Notes: generated by a model from the letters alone, not told the origin. 64,000 bases of DNA from Thermoanaerobaculia bacterium (GCA_963664405.1 OY761158.1:4672001-4736000), one strand, 5' to 3'; counted from the first letter of the stretch, positions 32,424-42,365 are shown. Program-made: numbers and translations.

Positions 32424-32695
32424 CTAGGGAGTCTGCGCGGCAGGAAACGAGAGCGTTTTCCGAAGCGAATAGGAAGCAAGTCCCGAGTGCGCCGTCCGCG
32501 GCGCCAAAAACAACTAGGTGGGGCGCGCCTAGCGGAGGAAATGATAGCAATCATTTCTGGAGCCTAGGAGCGTGTCCGAGTATTCGGCCAGAGCCGTTTC
32601 CCGGAGCGAATAGGAAGCAACGCCTGAGTGCGCCGTCCTCGGCGCCAAAAGACAACTAGGCGGAGGAAATGATAGCCATCATTTCTGGAGCCTAG
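32424..32695 (+). repeat. Two tandem full-length (~125-bp) family-A repeat units delimited by CTAG
   Basis: CTAG at 32424, 32564 and 32692; shared GCGAATAGGAAGCAA...GAGTGCGCCGTCC.CGGCGCCAAA...GGAAATGAT-N4-ATCATTTC. Confidence 0.85.
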
Positions 32696-32698
32696 GCC

Positions 32699-34261
32699 TC
32701 AAATGACGTTGCGCTGGTGGTCCTTCCAGTAGGGCTCGCGAAGCTCGCGTTTGAGAATCTTGCCCGATCCCGTCTTCGGCAGCTCGTCGAGGAAGGCAAT
32801 CGAGCGGGGGATCTTGTAGCTGGCGAGATGCTCGCGGGCGAAAGCGGCAATCTCGTCGCTACCCAGGTCATGCCCTTGGTTGACGACTACGATGGCATGA
32901 ACGCTCTCGCCCCACTCGTCGCTGGGGATACCGAATACGGCGGCCTCGTAGATGCCGGGGTGATGCTCGAGAGCGGCCTCGATCTCGGCAGGGTAGATGT
33001 TCATGCCGCCGGAGATGATCATGTCCGTCTTGCGATCGCAGATGAAGTAGAACCCCTCTTCGTCGACGTAGGCGATGTCGCCGACGGTGTGGAAATCACC
33101 GAGCGTCTCAGCCTCGAACTTGTCGTGGGCCTTGTGGTAGGTGTCGAAGATGCTGGGACTGCGCACGTAGACCTCGCCTGGGGTCTTCGCTGCGGTTACC
33201 TCAGACTTGTCCTCGGTGATCAGTCTGACGTCGACAAGAGGCGCCGGCTTGCCGCAGGAGCCAGGCTTTCTCAGTTGGTCCTTGGGCTCGAGCACCATAT
33301 TGATGCCGAGCTCGGTGGAGCCGTAAACCTCCCACAATGACTCGGGCGGAAAGTCCTCGACAAAGGCCTGCTTCAGCGGGAAGGGCCAGGGGGCGGCGTT
33401 GGCGACCATGATGCGCAGGCCCGAGCGATCGTAGCGAGCCTTGACCTCCTCTGGCAGGTTACAGATCCGGCGAATGGGAGTCGGCGCCGAGAAGGTGGTG
33501 GTGACGTGGTACTTCTCGAGCAGTCGCAGCCAGTCTTCGGCCTCGAAGTGGCGCTGCACCAGGCAGGTGTTGCCGAGCAGCGAGGCGATTCCCATGAACC
33601 CTCCGGGCCCGGAATGGTAGAGGGGCCCTAGGGTCAGGTAGATGTCGTCGGGAGACATGCCGAGTAGCGCGACCATGGCGGTGAGCTGCTCGGGGTTGCC
33701 CTGACCGGTACGCACGGCCCCCTTCGGGTTGCCGGTGGTGCCGGAGGTGTAGATCATCGTGCGCGACTCCTCCTCCTGCGGCGGAGGCTCGTCTTGCGAG
33801 GATCCCACCACGAAGTCGCTCGCGGCCACCATATCGGGGCCGGGCTCGCCGCCGAAGACGACCACCTGCTTCACCTTCGGGGTCTGCTCCCGTATCTCCT
33901 CGAAGAGGTGTGCGAACTCGGCGTCGGTCCACACCAGCACGGCGTCGGAGTTGTCGACTATGTAGGCCGCCTCGTCGGCAGAGAGGCGGTAGTTCATGGG
34001 AACAGAGGTGGCGCCACACTTTCTGGCGGCATGCCCCATGAGGGCGACCTCGAGCGAGTTCATGCCGCACCAGAGCACGCTCTGGCGGGGACGAACGCCA
34101 GCCGTCATCAGAGCGCGTGCCAGTTGATTGGCTCGCTGGTTGAGCTCGCGGTACGACCATTCTCGCACCCTCCCGTCCGGGTGGTCCTCGATGATCGCCG
34201 GCTTGTCGGGGTGATTCTCGGCGTGCTGGGTGAGGAAATCGACAGCGGGTGCGTCTGGCAT
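32699..34261 (-). CDS. Acyl-CoA synthetase (AMP-forming)
   Basis: YTSGTTGNPKG, YGSTE, TVGD, PKTGSGK; start ATG 34261. Confidence 0.9.
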   Translation of the reverse strand: MPDAPAVDFLTQHAENHPDKPAIIEDHPDGRVREWSYRELNQRANQLARALMTAGVRPRQSVLWCGMNSLEVALMGHAARKCGATSVPMNYRLSADEAAYIVDNSDAVLVWTDAEFAHLFEEIREQTPKVKQVVVFGGEPGPDMVAASDFVVGSSQDEPPPQEEESRTMIYTSGTTGNPKGAVRTGQGNPEQLTAMVALLGMSPDDIYLTLGPLYHSGPGGFMGIASLLGNTCLVQRHFEAEDWLRLLEKYHVTTTFSAPTPIRRICNLPEEVKARYDRSGLRIMVANAAPWPFPLKQAFVEDFPPESLWEVYGSTELGINMVLEPKDQLRKPGSCGKPAPLVDVRLITEDKSEVTAAKTPGEVYVRSPSIFDTYHKAHDKFEAETLGDFHTVGDIAYVDEEGFYFICDRKTDMIISGGMNIYPAEIEAALEHHPGIYEAAVFGIPSDEWGESVHAIVVVNQGHDLGSDEIAAFAREHLASYKIPRSIAFLDELPKTGSGKILKRELREPYWKDHQRNVI

Positions 34262-34376
34262 GGAAATGAAGGCCTCCTTTACCGTTCCTTTTCGCGACGT
34301 CGAACCAGGCCCGACATTATGACCCGGAACACTATCGGTAGAATGCCTTATGTGATTGAAAGTGTTCAAGGTGGTG

Positions 34377-35291
34377 ATGGCGATGGCGCAGTCTGAAATT
34401 TTGGTCGGCACCGAGCGGGGCCTATTCCGAGTCGGCTCGACGATTGCAACGCTGCTGGAAGGGCATCGTGTCTCGGCACTGGCGCGGTCGGAGAGAATGT
34501 GGGCGGTCGTGGACGAAAGCGAGATCTGGTGTGCCGACGACGCCTCGGGAAGCGAGGGCTGGCGCCGGGTCGATGCGCTCGATGGGCTCACGGGGCACTG
34601 CCTGCTGGCGGATGGTGCCGGCGTCTACGTGGGTACGTCGGAGGCGCATCTCTATCGCGCGACAGAAGCGGGCCTCGAGCGAATCGAGGGTTTCGACGCT
34701 GTCCCTGAGCGGCACTTCTGGCACACTCCATGGGGCGGACCGCCGGGAACCTGGAGCATGACCGCCGCCGCGGGCGAAGTCGTCGTCAACGTCCACGTCG
34801 GTGGCCTCGTCCGGTCCACCGACGGCGGCGAGTCGTGGCAGCAGACGCGGCTCGACATTGCCGACGATGTCCACCAGGTTCACTTCGACCCACTACGCGG
34901 GCGTTTTCTGGTGGCCGCGTTTCGAGGCTACGGAACGAGCGACGACGGGGATGAGTGGTCCTATTCCAACGAGGGCCTACATGCCCACTACCTCCGCTCC
35001 GTCGCCACTGGCAACGAGACGGTGTTCGTAGGTGCGTCCCGCGGTCCCGGTGGTCAGGAGGCCGCGATCTACCGGAGACCTGCCGACGGCGCGGGTCCGT
35101 TTGTGCGATGCGAGATCGGGAGCGATCCGTGGCTGCCAGGCAACGTCGATGCGCCGGCTCTTGCGGTCGAGGGCAAGAGCGCCGTTGTAGGTACAGAGGC
35201 AGGCGAAGTACACGCGAGCCGCGACCAAGGAGAGTCCTGGTCGTGCGTCGCGCAGGAGCTGCCGCCGGTGATTACCGTGGCTCTGGTGTAG
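34377..35291 (+). CDS. BNR/Asp-box beta-propeller protein
   Basis: RSTDGGESW, SDDGDEW, SRDQGESW Asp-boxes; WHTPWGGPP, VNVHVGG. Confidence 0.75.
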   Translation: MAMAQSEILVGTERGLFRVGSTIATLLEGHRVSALARSERMWAVVDESEIWCADDASGSEGWRRVDALDGLTGHCLLADGAGVYVGTSEAHLYRATEAGLERIEGFDAVPERHFWHTPWGGPPGTWSMTAAAGEVVVNVHVGGLVRSTDGGESWQQTRLDIADDVHQVHFDPLRGRFLVAAFRGYGTSDDGDEWSYSNEGLHAHYLRSVATGNETVFVGASRGPGGQEAAIYRRPADGAGPFVRCEIGSDPWLPGNVDAPALAVEGKSAVVGTEAGEVHASRDQGESWSCVAQELPPVITVALV

Positions 35292-35314
35292 CCAGTCGCG
35301 GGAACTGCCGCTAC

Positions 35315-37603
35315 CTAACCACTGCCCGGCTGCGTCGCGTCGCAGGTCTTGAACGCCTGTGTATCCGGCGGGAAGAAGAAGTCGCCCCCCCGGGGGTTGT
35401 CGATTCGGTACACCTGCCCCGTCCAAGTGTCGCGGATCAGGATCACCGTCTCTGCGTTAGTGGCCCCGGCAGCGAAGACCCAGAACGAACTGAAGCCGCT
35501 CGAACAGGCGTCGACCATCTTGACGAAGATCTCGCCGTTGCCTTCCTCGAAGGAGTAGAAACTGACCGCTTGGTCGGTTTCTGAGCTCTCTCCATCGTAG
35601 TGCTGGATCATGCCGGAGAAGAGATCCCCAGGACCATCGGGCGGGTTCGCGAAGTCGCGCATGGTGACGGTCACCTCGAAGCGACCACCCCCATGGCCGA
35701 TGCTGCCCCGTCCAAGCACTTCGTCGCCAACTGATCCGTCGAGGAGGCAGGCGGTCTGGTTGTTGCGGAAACACGGATCCGTCGACCCCGGTGGAGGCTC
35801 GCCCTCATCTGTGGTTGCCTTGGCCTGATTCGAGTAAGGCGAGTCGGCGGAAGCATTGCGGGCGCGGACCCGGAATCGATAGGTGGTGCCCGACAGAAGC
35901 TCGGTGACGGTCGTACCGATCGAGTTCGCAGCAACCGAAGCGAGGTCCCGAAAGGCGTTGCCTGGTGGCTTCATCTCCACCCTGAACTCGTTCTCGTTGG
36001 CAGAGTTGTCTTTCCAGTTGAGCTCGATCTCCGATGTCGAGATCGCAGTGGCCTTCAGTTTGGACGGAGCTGTTGGAGCTGCTCCCCCGTCGTCCGGGTC
36101 GTCGAACGAGTAGTCAAAGACATAAACCGCTCCAGCATCCGGCATCGAGTTGTCATGCGGGTCGCCGTTGCTGCCGGTGGCGTTGCTGTCTTCCAGGAAA
36201 GCACCGACCACGATCGTGTCCTCGGAAATGTCTACGGACCTGCCAAACCGGTCATCAACGCCAGTAACGGTGGCCTTGAGATAGGCCTGCTGGCTCCACA
36301 CCGTGCCCTCACGGGTAAACACATACGCCGCCCCGGCCTCGGGCACTGAATTGTCGCTCTGATCGCCGTTGACGCCGGTGGCGTTGCTGGACTCATGATT
36401 CGCACCGACCACCAGCGTGTCGTCGAACATGCGTACCCAACGGCCGAAGAAGTCAGCGAGGCCGGGATTGGAGGCCTTGAGATAGGCCTGTTGGCTCCAT
36501 TGTGTGCCGCTACGGGTAAAGACATACGCCGCCCCGGCTTCGGGCACGGAATTGCTACTCTGATCGCCGTTGCTGCCGGTGGCGTTGCTGGCCTCCTCCC
36601 AAGCACCGACCACCAGCGTGTCATCGGAAAGGGCTACAGAAACGCCAAAGGTGTCACCGACCCCAGTATTAGAGGCCTTCAGATAGGTCTCTTGGCTCCA
36701 CACCGTACCGTTACGCGTAAAGATATACACCGCCCCGGAATCGCGCACTGAATTGTTACTCTGATCACCGTTGCTGCCGGTGGCGTTGCTGTCCTCTCGA
36801 TAAGCACCGATCACCAGTGTGTCGCCGTAAATGGCGACGGACTGGCCAAAGATGTCTAGACTCTCGGTATTGGAGCCCTTGAGATAGGCCTGCTGACTCC
36901 AGGTCGTGCCGCTGCGGGCAAATACATACGCTGACCCCGTACCTTGTTCTGAATTGTTGGCACCGACCACCAGCGTATCGTCGTCAATGGCTACGGAATA
37001 GCCAAAGGCAGCATTGGTCGCAGTGGTATTAGAGGCCTTGAGATAGGCCTGCTGGCTCCATTGGGTGCCAGTGCGGGTAAATACATAGGCCGCCCCGATA
37101 TATTGAAAGGTGTTATCGCTCTGATCGCCATTGACGCCGGTGGCGATGCTGGCCTCTCCCTGAGCACCCACCACTATCGTGTCGCCGGAAATTGCCACAG
37201 ACCAGCCGAACAGGTCCCCGCCATCGGTATTGGAAGCCTTCAGATAGGCCTGCTGGCTCCAACTGGTGCCATTACGCACGAACACATACGCCGCCCCGGA
37301 ATACGCCGCTGAATTGTCGCCCTGGTTGCCGTTGACACCGGTGGCGTCGCTGAACTCCTCACGGGCACTGACCACCATCGTGTCACCGGAAATGGCCAGG
37401 ATTCCAAATTTGTCCCCAGGATTGGTATTGGAGGCCTTCAGATAGAGCTGCTGCTCGAATCTGGACCCGATGCGGAGTTGGGGGCCTTGTGCCTGCGTGG
37501 AGGAAAGGGTGCCCGCCGGCGTTAGTAGCGCCACACTCGAGAGGCATAGCACGGTGTGTCCGGCGCGGCCTCTCCATCGCACCGCGTGTCCCCTCATCGC
37601 CAC
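35315..37603 (-). CDS. Secreted FG-GAP (integrin-alpha-like) repeat protein with FN3 and uncharacterised C-terminal domain
   Basis: About 7 repeats AYLKASNT..FG.SVAI.GDT.VVGA..GAAYVF; FN3 (APTAPS.L...WKDNS.NE..F...Y.FRVRA.N); Cys-containing RFEV..VKMVDAC..FWVFAAGATN tail. Confidence 0.82.
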   Translation of the reverse strand: MAMRGHAVRWRGRAGHTVLCLSSVALLTPAGTLSSTQAQGPQLRIGSRFEQQLYLKASNTNPGDKFGILAISGDTMVVSAREEFSDATGVNGNQGDNSAAYSGAAYVFVRNGTSWSQQAYLKASNTDGGDLFGWSVAISGDTIVVGAQGEASIATGVNGDQSDNTFQYIGAAYVFTRTGTQWSQQAYLKASNTTATNAAFGYSVAIDDDTLVVGANNSEQGTGSAYVFARSGTTWSQQAYLKGSNTESLDIFGQSVAIYGDTLVIGAYREDSNATGSNGDQSNNSVRDSGAVYIFTRNGTVWSQETYLKASNTGVGDTFGVSVALSDDTLVVGAWEEASNATGSNGDQSSNSVPEAGAAYVFTRSGTQWSQQAYLKASNPGLADFFGRWVRMFDDTLVVGANHESSNATGVNGDQSDNSVPEAGAAYVFTREGTVWSQQAYLKATVTGVDDRFGRSVDISEDTIVVGAFLEDSNATGSNGDPHDNSMPDAGAVYVFDYSFDDPDDGGAAPTAPSKLKATAISTSEIELNWKDNSANENEFRVEMKPPGNAFRDLASVAANSIGTTVTELLSGTTYRFRVRARNASADSPYSNQAKATTDEGEPPPGSTDPCFRNNQTACLLDGSVGDEVLGRGSIGHGGGRFEVTVTMRDFANPPDGPGDLFSGMIQHYDGESSETDQAVSFYSFEEGNGEIFVKMVDACSSGFSSFWVFAAGATNAETVILIRDTWTGQVYRIDNPRGGDFFFPPDTQAFKTCDATQPGSG

Positions 37604-37615
37604 CGACTTCCGAAC

Positions 37616-38359
37616 CTATCGGGTTCGTGTCACCGTGATCGTCACTGGGTTGGATGTCGGGAAAGTGCCCTCGCCGCTGCAGGAGAAATTCCTCGTCTTC
37701 TTTTCAACTCCGAAAATGCTCCACCCGGTCATGGTGAGGTCATGGCTGTCACCCACCGCCCCCGACGGCGGCCAGGGCTTGCCCAGCTCTAAGTACCCCT
37801 CCATTTCGAGCCCATAGTCGAGCGCCGAACAGGGGTCATCGTTGGCGCAAGCTGTGAACCTATTGAGATCGGCTTGGGCCAAGCCTTTTCTTGAATAAAG
37901 GGACGCGCTGTCCTCGAGGATGACCACTATCCCTGCTTCCGGGAAACAGTTCGCTCCCCCTGGAAATTCGGTCCTAAAGTGGTGGATATCCAGTTCGCCG
38001 ACTCCTGGGACACCCTTGCTGACTGTTCCGCCGTTGGGGGTGGATTCATACCAGTCCTCTCCACTAAGGCTCTCCCCTCCCGAAAGATTTCCACCTGTCA
38101 GCGCCCCAAGGAATCTCACAGCGTACCTGCGGATCACTTCTCCTCCCGTGTCAGCGCATTCGTTCGTGGGGTCGTTGTCGTCGCAGTCGGGTTCCCCCCC
38201 ACATCTCTGGCATCTTCTTTGTTGCTTGAAGAGCCCGTCACCGTCCCGATCACAGAACGCCCCCGGAAGACACCGTTCCTGTGCTACTACCGGGGCGACA
38301 CCGATCGTCATCGCTCCCACCACCGTCGCGAGAATCAGAATCCAAAGTCTCTTGCTCAT
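37616..38359 (-). CDS. Secreted hypothetical protein with MopE-like Cys/Asp metal-binding motif
   Basis: Signal peptide; CDRDGDG...C..C...DCDDNDP. Confidence 0.6.
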   Translation of the reverse strand: MSKRLWILILATVVGAMTIGVAPVVAQERCLPGAFCDRDGDGLFKQQRRCQRCGGEPDCDDNDPTNECADTGGEVIRRYAVRFLGALTGGNLSGGESLSGEDWYESTPNGGTVSKGVPGVGELDIHHFRTEFPGGANCFPEAGIVVILEDSASLYSRKGLAQADLNRFTACANDDPCSALDYGLEMEGYLELGKPWPPSGAVGDSHDLTMTGWSIFGVEKKTRNFSCSGEGTFPTSNPVTITVTRTR

Positions 38360-38465
38360 GTCCATATCCTTTCTGTGGCGTGCTGGCCGCACAGACCCCC
38401 CGTCGTCTGGGATTCCCTAACGGCAGTACGCCTCTCAGGATGTCGATCCCCAGCCCGACAGACAA

Positions 38466-38503
38466 GCGAAAAGAGACGACGAAAGGCGAAAAGACGCGAC
38501 GAA
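38466..38503. promoter_or_regulatory. Tandem direct repeat, candidate regulator binding site
   Basis: GCGAAAAGAGACGACGAA / GCGAAAAGACGCGACGAA (16/18), 20-bp period, in divergent intergenic region. Confidence 0.5.
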
Positions 38504-38564
38504 CCGGGGTCTAGCCACGCGGGGCGGCCGCCTTCGGCCGTCTTGGTAGACTCTGATGTACAAC

Positions 38565-40808
38565 ATGAGTTCATCGAGCGGGAGTGAGAATCGCGCCGGC
38601 GGCGAGGAGCGGCTGGAGTCCTGGAAGGAGGTCGCGAGCTACCTCGGCAAGACGGTTCGGACCGTCCAGAGGTGGGAGAAGCACGAAGGCCTGCCAGTCC
38701 ATCGGCATCAGCACGACAAGCGGGGCACGATCATCGCCTATCCGGCGGAGCTCGACCGGTGGTTGAACAACCGTAGCGAGGCGCCGGCAAGTCTCCTGAG
38801 CCGCTTCGAGGGGAGAACGCTCGGTGCTGCTGCCGTGGGCGGGTTGGTGGCGCTGACGGTGGTGGGCTGGCTCATTCTCGGGGGCGCAAGTGACGCGCCC
38901 AGCGCTCGCTCGTTGCCCTTCGAGGAGCGGGACTGGGTGCTCATCGCCACGTTCGAGAACCGCACCGGGGAGGAGATCTTCGACGGCACGGCGGAGGCGG
39001 CACTGGCTCGGGAGCTCGCCAACTCGAGCTTCGTCAATGTGGTACCTCGTCCGAGAATCGAGGATGCGCTCCAATTGATGAGAAAGCCCCCCGAGACGCG
39101 GGTCGATGCGGCTATCGGAAGAGAGGTCTGTCTTCGCGACGGGGGGATTCGAGCCCTGGTGACCGGCCGTGTTGAGAAGCTAGGTTCGGTGTACGTTTTG
39201 AGCGCCGAACTGGTGTATCCCGGCGACGGTGTCGTGGTCGCGAGCATGAGCGAGGAGGCGGCGGGTCACGAAGCCGTGCTCAAAGCAGTGCGCCGGCTCT
39301 CGAGCCAGGTGCGCGAGACCCTAGGTGAAGAGCTCACCGGGATCCAGCGCAGCGCGGAGGACTTGTTGCAGGTCACGACTCCCTCGCTGCGGGCTCTGCA
39401 GCTCTACACCCAGGCTGACGCGGTCATCGCGGGCCTGAACGACCCCGCCGCGGAAGAGCTTCTGCGGCAGGCAGTGGTCGAGGATCCCGAGTTCGCCTCG
39501 GCTTGGATCCACCTGGCGTGGGCGATCGCCAATCAGCGCCGACCGCGGGAAGACTACATGCCCCCCGCCGAGCGAGCGATGGAGCTCGCAGGCGGGGTCA
39601 CCGAGCGCGAGCGTTACTTCATCCGCGGTAGCTACTTCCACTTGGCGGAAGAGTTGCCGAATGCGAAGGCGAGCTATGAGGCACTGCTACGCCTCGACCC
39701 CGACCACTACTGGGCCGTCCACAACATTGTAGCCGTTGTGAGGAAGATCGAAGGTCCCTCGACGGGTTTCTCGGCGGCTCTGCCCTTCTACATACGGCGT
39801 ACAGAGCTGCGACCTCAATCGTTCTCGCTCAACGCCAGTACCGCCCAGACGTTGGTCCGACTCGACCGCCTTTCCGAGGCGCAGCCCTTCCTCGAGCGCG
39901 CCCTGGCGCTCGTCTCGGAGAAGGCGCACCCTCGCCTGGCTGCGTTTGTACGCCTCTGGCCGTCGCACGAGGCTTGGCTGCGGGGTGATTTGGAAGCGAG
40001 CGAGAGAGAGCTGGATCGCCAGGCGCGGACGCTCGTCTCGCGCGATAACGATCTTTTCGCTCACTACGTGGCCCTCGGATACGAGGCCCTCGGCCAGGAG
40101 AAGAAGGGCCTCGAGATCCGACGGCGCCACTACCGGCAGGTGCATCCCTTCTACCAGGGCATGTATGCATTCCAACGAGCCGACCTGGCCGGGGTGCTCG
40201 AGCACCTGACGCACTCCTACGCAGGAGTGGGGGGAGTCACACCTGCCATCGAGAGGACGGGCATTTCCATGCTCGCCCAGGCGGGCCTAGTGTCCGAGGC
40301 AAGAGAGGGCCTGGCGACGTACGAGGCGAAGTTCCCGAAATCCGGGGCATGGCCCGACATCCGGGCCGCGATAGCGCTCGCCGAGGGCCGCACCGACGAA
40401 GGGGTCGCGCTTCTACAGAGCTCTCCCCGGCAGAAGCTGAGCCCGCCCTCAACCTACGCGGGCACCTGGCTCGCCGACGCGTGGGCGCCTCAGGACAGGC
40501 TCGAGGAGGCCCTCGACGTACTCGAGGACGCCTCCCGGACAAGGCTCTTCGCGTATCCCACTCGATTGCAGGGGTGGTTCGGGGTCCAGGTTCGCCTCCA
40601 AGGACTCTACCGCCTTCTCGGTCGCGAGGCTGAGGCACGGGAAGTCGAGGACGAGCTTCGACGGCTCCTGGCTCGCGCCGATCCGGACCACTGGGTGCTC
40701 TGCGAGCTCGACGAGCTGCGCGATCGGTGCACTGCCAGCACCACTCCGCCGTGGTGGCGGAATAGCGGACCAGCCGAACTGGCCAAGCTAGACGAGGTTG
40801 GCGACTAA
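38565..40808 (+). CDS. Membrane-anchored regulator: N-terminal HTH, TM helix, TolB-N/FlgO-like domain, TPRs
   Basis: RLESWKEVASYLGKTVRTVQRWEKHEGLPVHR; hydrophobic AAAVGGLVALTVVGWLIL; FENRTGE..FDG; TTPSLRAL..Y TPR region. Confidence 0.78.
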   Translation: MSSSSGSENRAGGEERLESWKEVASYLGKTVRTVQRWEKHEGLPVHRHQHDKRGTIIAYPAELDRWLNNRSEAPASLLSRFEGRTLGAAAVGGLVALTVVGWLILGGASDAPSARSLPFEERDWVLIATFENRTGEEIFDGTAEAALARELANSSFVNVVPRPRIEDALQLMRKPPETRVDAAIGREVCLRDGGIRALVTGRVEKLGSVYVLSAELVYPGDGVVVASMSEEAAGHEAVLKAVRRLSSQVRETLGEELTGIQRSAEDLLQVTTPSLRALQLYTQADAVIAGLNDPAAEELLRQAVVEDPEFASAWIHLAWAIANQRRPREDYMPPAERAMELAGGVTERERYFIRGSYFHLAEELPNAKASYEALLRLDPDHYWAVHNIVAVVRKIEGPSTGFSAALPFYIRRTELRPQSFSLNASTAQTLVRLDRLSEAQPFLERALALVSEKAHPRLAAFVRLWPSHEAWLRGDLEASERELDRQARTLVSRDNDLFAHYVALGYEALGQEKKGLEIRRRHYRQVHPFYQGMYAFQRADLAGVLEHLTHSYAGVGGVTPAIERTGISMLAQAGLVSEAREGLATYEAKFPKSGAWPDIRAAIALAEGRTDEGVALLQSSPRQKLSPPSTYAGTWLADAWAPQDRLEEALDVLEDASRTRLFAYPTRLQGWFGVQVRLQGLYRLLGREAEAREVEDELRRLLARADPDHWVLCELDELRDRCTASTTPPWWRNSGPAELAKLDEVGD

Positions 40809-41185
40809 AAGAGTCGCGCCAGAACCTGGAAACCGATTTTGCGCTCATCAGTGAGCGAACCTTTGATCGTGGTGAGGGCCGGGTTCTCATTCGGACGCCA
40901 TTGCTGCACCGCGATCTCATCGAGCAGATTCTTCGCGAACAGAGTCAAGGACCATTGCCCGTTGGGGAGATCCCAGATCGCGCGAGCGTCCCAGCCCGTG
41001 TACTCGGGGATCTGGTAGCGGGGAAGGTTCGAGATATCCGCGTGCTTCTCGTCTGTATAGCCGACGGTGGTGAGCAGGGTCAGGCCACCACGATTCGTCC
41101 CTAGCGCCAGATCGTAGAGCAGGGTCAACGAGTATTTGTGCTCGGGCTGCAGGGGCAATATGTTGCCCCCGAAATTGGTCAGTCC
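40805..41185 (-). pseudogene. 3' fragment of a TonB-dependent receptor
   Basis: GNILPLQPEHKYSL...WSLTLFAKNLLDE...R.IGFQVLARLF with terminal Phe; only ~125 aa of a normally >600-aa protein. Confidence 0.72.
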
Positions 41186-41208
41186 AGCGAGGTGCTCGAT
41201 GAATTCCG

Positions 41209-41481
41209 GTGCTTGTGATCGGCTTGGAAGAGCTGATCATCGATCGGCTCGCCGCTTGGCAGTTTTGGGACTCCTCGGTCGATGCGGTCAATGCCTTTCT
41301 TCTGGTGAGGCACTCGGCAAGCCGGGCTGCGCCGCCTCGGTTGCGTGAGCTCGCCGAACGAAGCGGGGTCTCCGAGGCACTCGATGCGCTCGACGAGCTG
41401 TGCGAACGCTTTGGTGGACGCGAGCCGTCGGCGGAGGATCTCGAAGAGTGGACGAAGCATGACTTCAAGGGGGAACGGTGA
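41209..41481 (+). pseudogene. Probable 3' fragment of nucleotidyltransferase-like protein
   Basis: VIGLEELIIDRL..W.FW motif; in-frame TGA a few codons upstream; GTGA-coupled to HTH gene. Confidence 0.5.
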
Positions 41482-41834
41482 AGGTTCATCGCGCCTCCGA
41501 TCGGCGAATCTCCTTGACTCTCCCGAGGGGGCTCAAACGCAGAAAGCCCAGGAGCTTCCTCGAGTGGAAGACTCTCAAGGGATGGGGAGTGCTCCCGGAT
41601 TGGGAGGAGACACGACCGGGGTATCTGCTTCGACTCTGGCGCGAGGAGGCGGGTCTGACCCAAGAAGAGATGGGCAGCCGACTGGGCTGCTCTCAGCAGG
41701 CTGTCGCGCAGGCCGAGAGCTGGGGTAGCAATCCCACAGTGCGGTTCCTGCAGCAATGGGCTACGGCGCTGGGCTGTGAGCTCAAGATCGAGTTGCTCAG
41801 TTGCTCCAGCGCCAGCTCGGAGAGCGAGGACTAA
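41478..41834 (+). CDS. XRE-family HTH protein
   Basis: LRLWREEAGLTQEEMGSRLGCSQQAVAQAE...NPTV..L..WATALG. Confidence 0.82.
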   Translation: MKVHRASDRRISLTLPRGLKRRKPRSFLEWKTLKGWGVLPDWEETRPGYLLRLWREEAGLTQEEMGSRLGCSQQAVAQAESWGSNPTVRFLQQWATALGCELKIELLSCSSASSESED

Positions 41835-42022
41835 CCGCCGACGCTAACAGTTTGCGGCTCTTCAACGCGCTTGGACGCTTCGAGGACCTCGACGGACACC
41901 AGGTTGCCCTCGCCGTCGTAGTCGAGAATCACACCTGGCTTGTCTTCATCGCTCTCGGCGACCGGAACCTCGCGGAGGGTGATGGTTAGCGTGTCTGTCT
42001 TGTCGTCGTAGTGAACTCTCAT
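41831..42022 (-). CDS. DUF2283-family protein (putative antitoxin)
   Basis: MRVHYD..TDTL.I...ESDE.KPGVILDYD.EGNLV..EVL.AS. Confidence 0.85.
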   Translation of the reverse strand: MRVHYDDKTDTLTITLREVPVAESDEDKPGVILDYDGEGNLVSVEVLEASKRVEEPQTVSVGG

Positions 42023-42280
42023 TGGTGCGCCCAATACTTGAGTATTCTACTCGTTCGGTAGACCGTTACGATGAGCTCTTCCAGGATGCCGATCCACCAC
42101 TACTCGGACGAGCAAATGTTCGTCCCGGTCGTCGAAGGCGATGCGAGACTGGCGGATCTCTCTGTTGGCACTCACTCTCAAGACTTGCTCGGGATTTGCT
42201 GCAACATCGAGCACGATCTCTTCCGAGATTCCCCGCCTCGCCGCTTGTTCAATCGCGTGAGAGCTGAGCCTGAGCGGCAT
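42019..42280 (-). pseudogene. Frameshifted DUF4258-family (RelE-like) protein
   Basis: LSSHA...RRGIS..V...NPEQ N-terminus; expected C-terminus LIVTVYRTSRILKYW is in another frame and ends ATGA-coupled to DUF2283. Confidence 0.72.
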
Positions 42281-42365
42281 GACCGAGATGCTACCAGTGG
42301 CCTATGGATCAGCGGACCCGCGTCTGGTACCTGCCAGTCGGGGGAGACAAGGCTAGACTGCACGC

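Noticed and set aside
36110-37460. DNA repeats as a mobile or diversity-generating element
   Set aside because: They are in-frame FG-GAP coding repeats; no reverse transcriptase or adenine-specific variation seen
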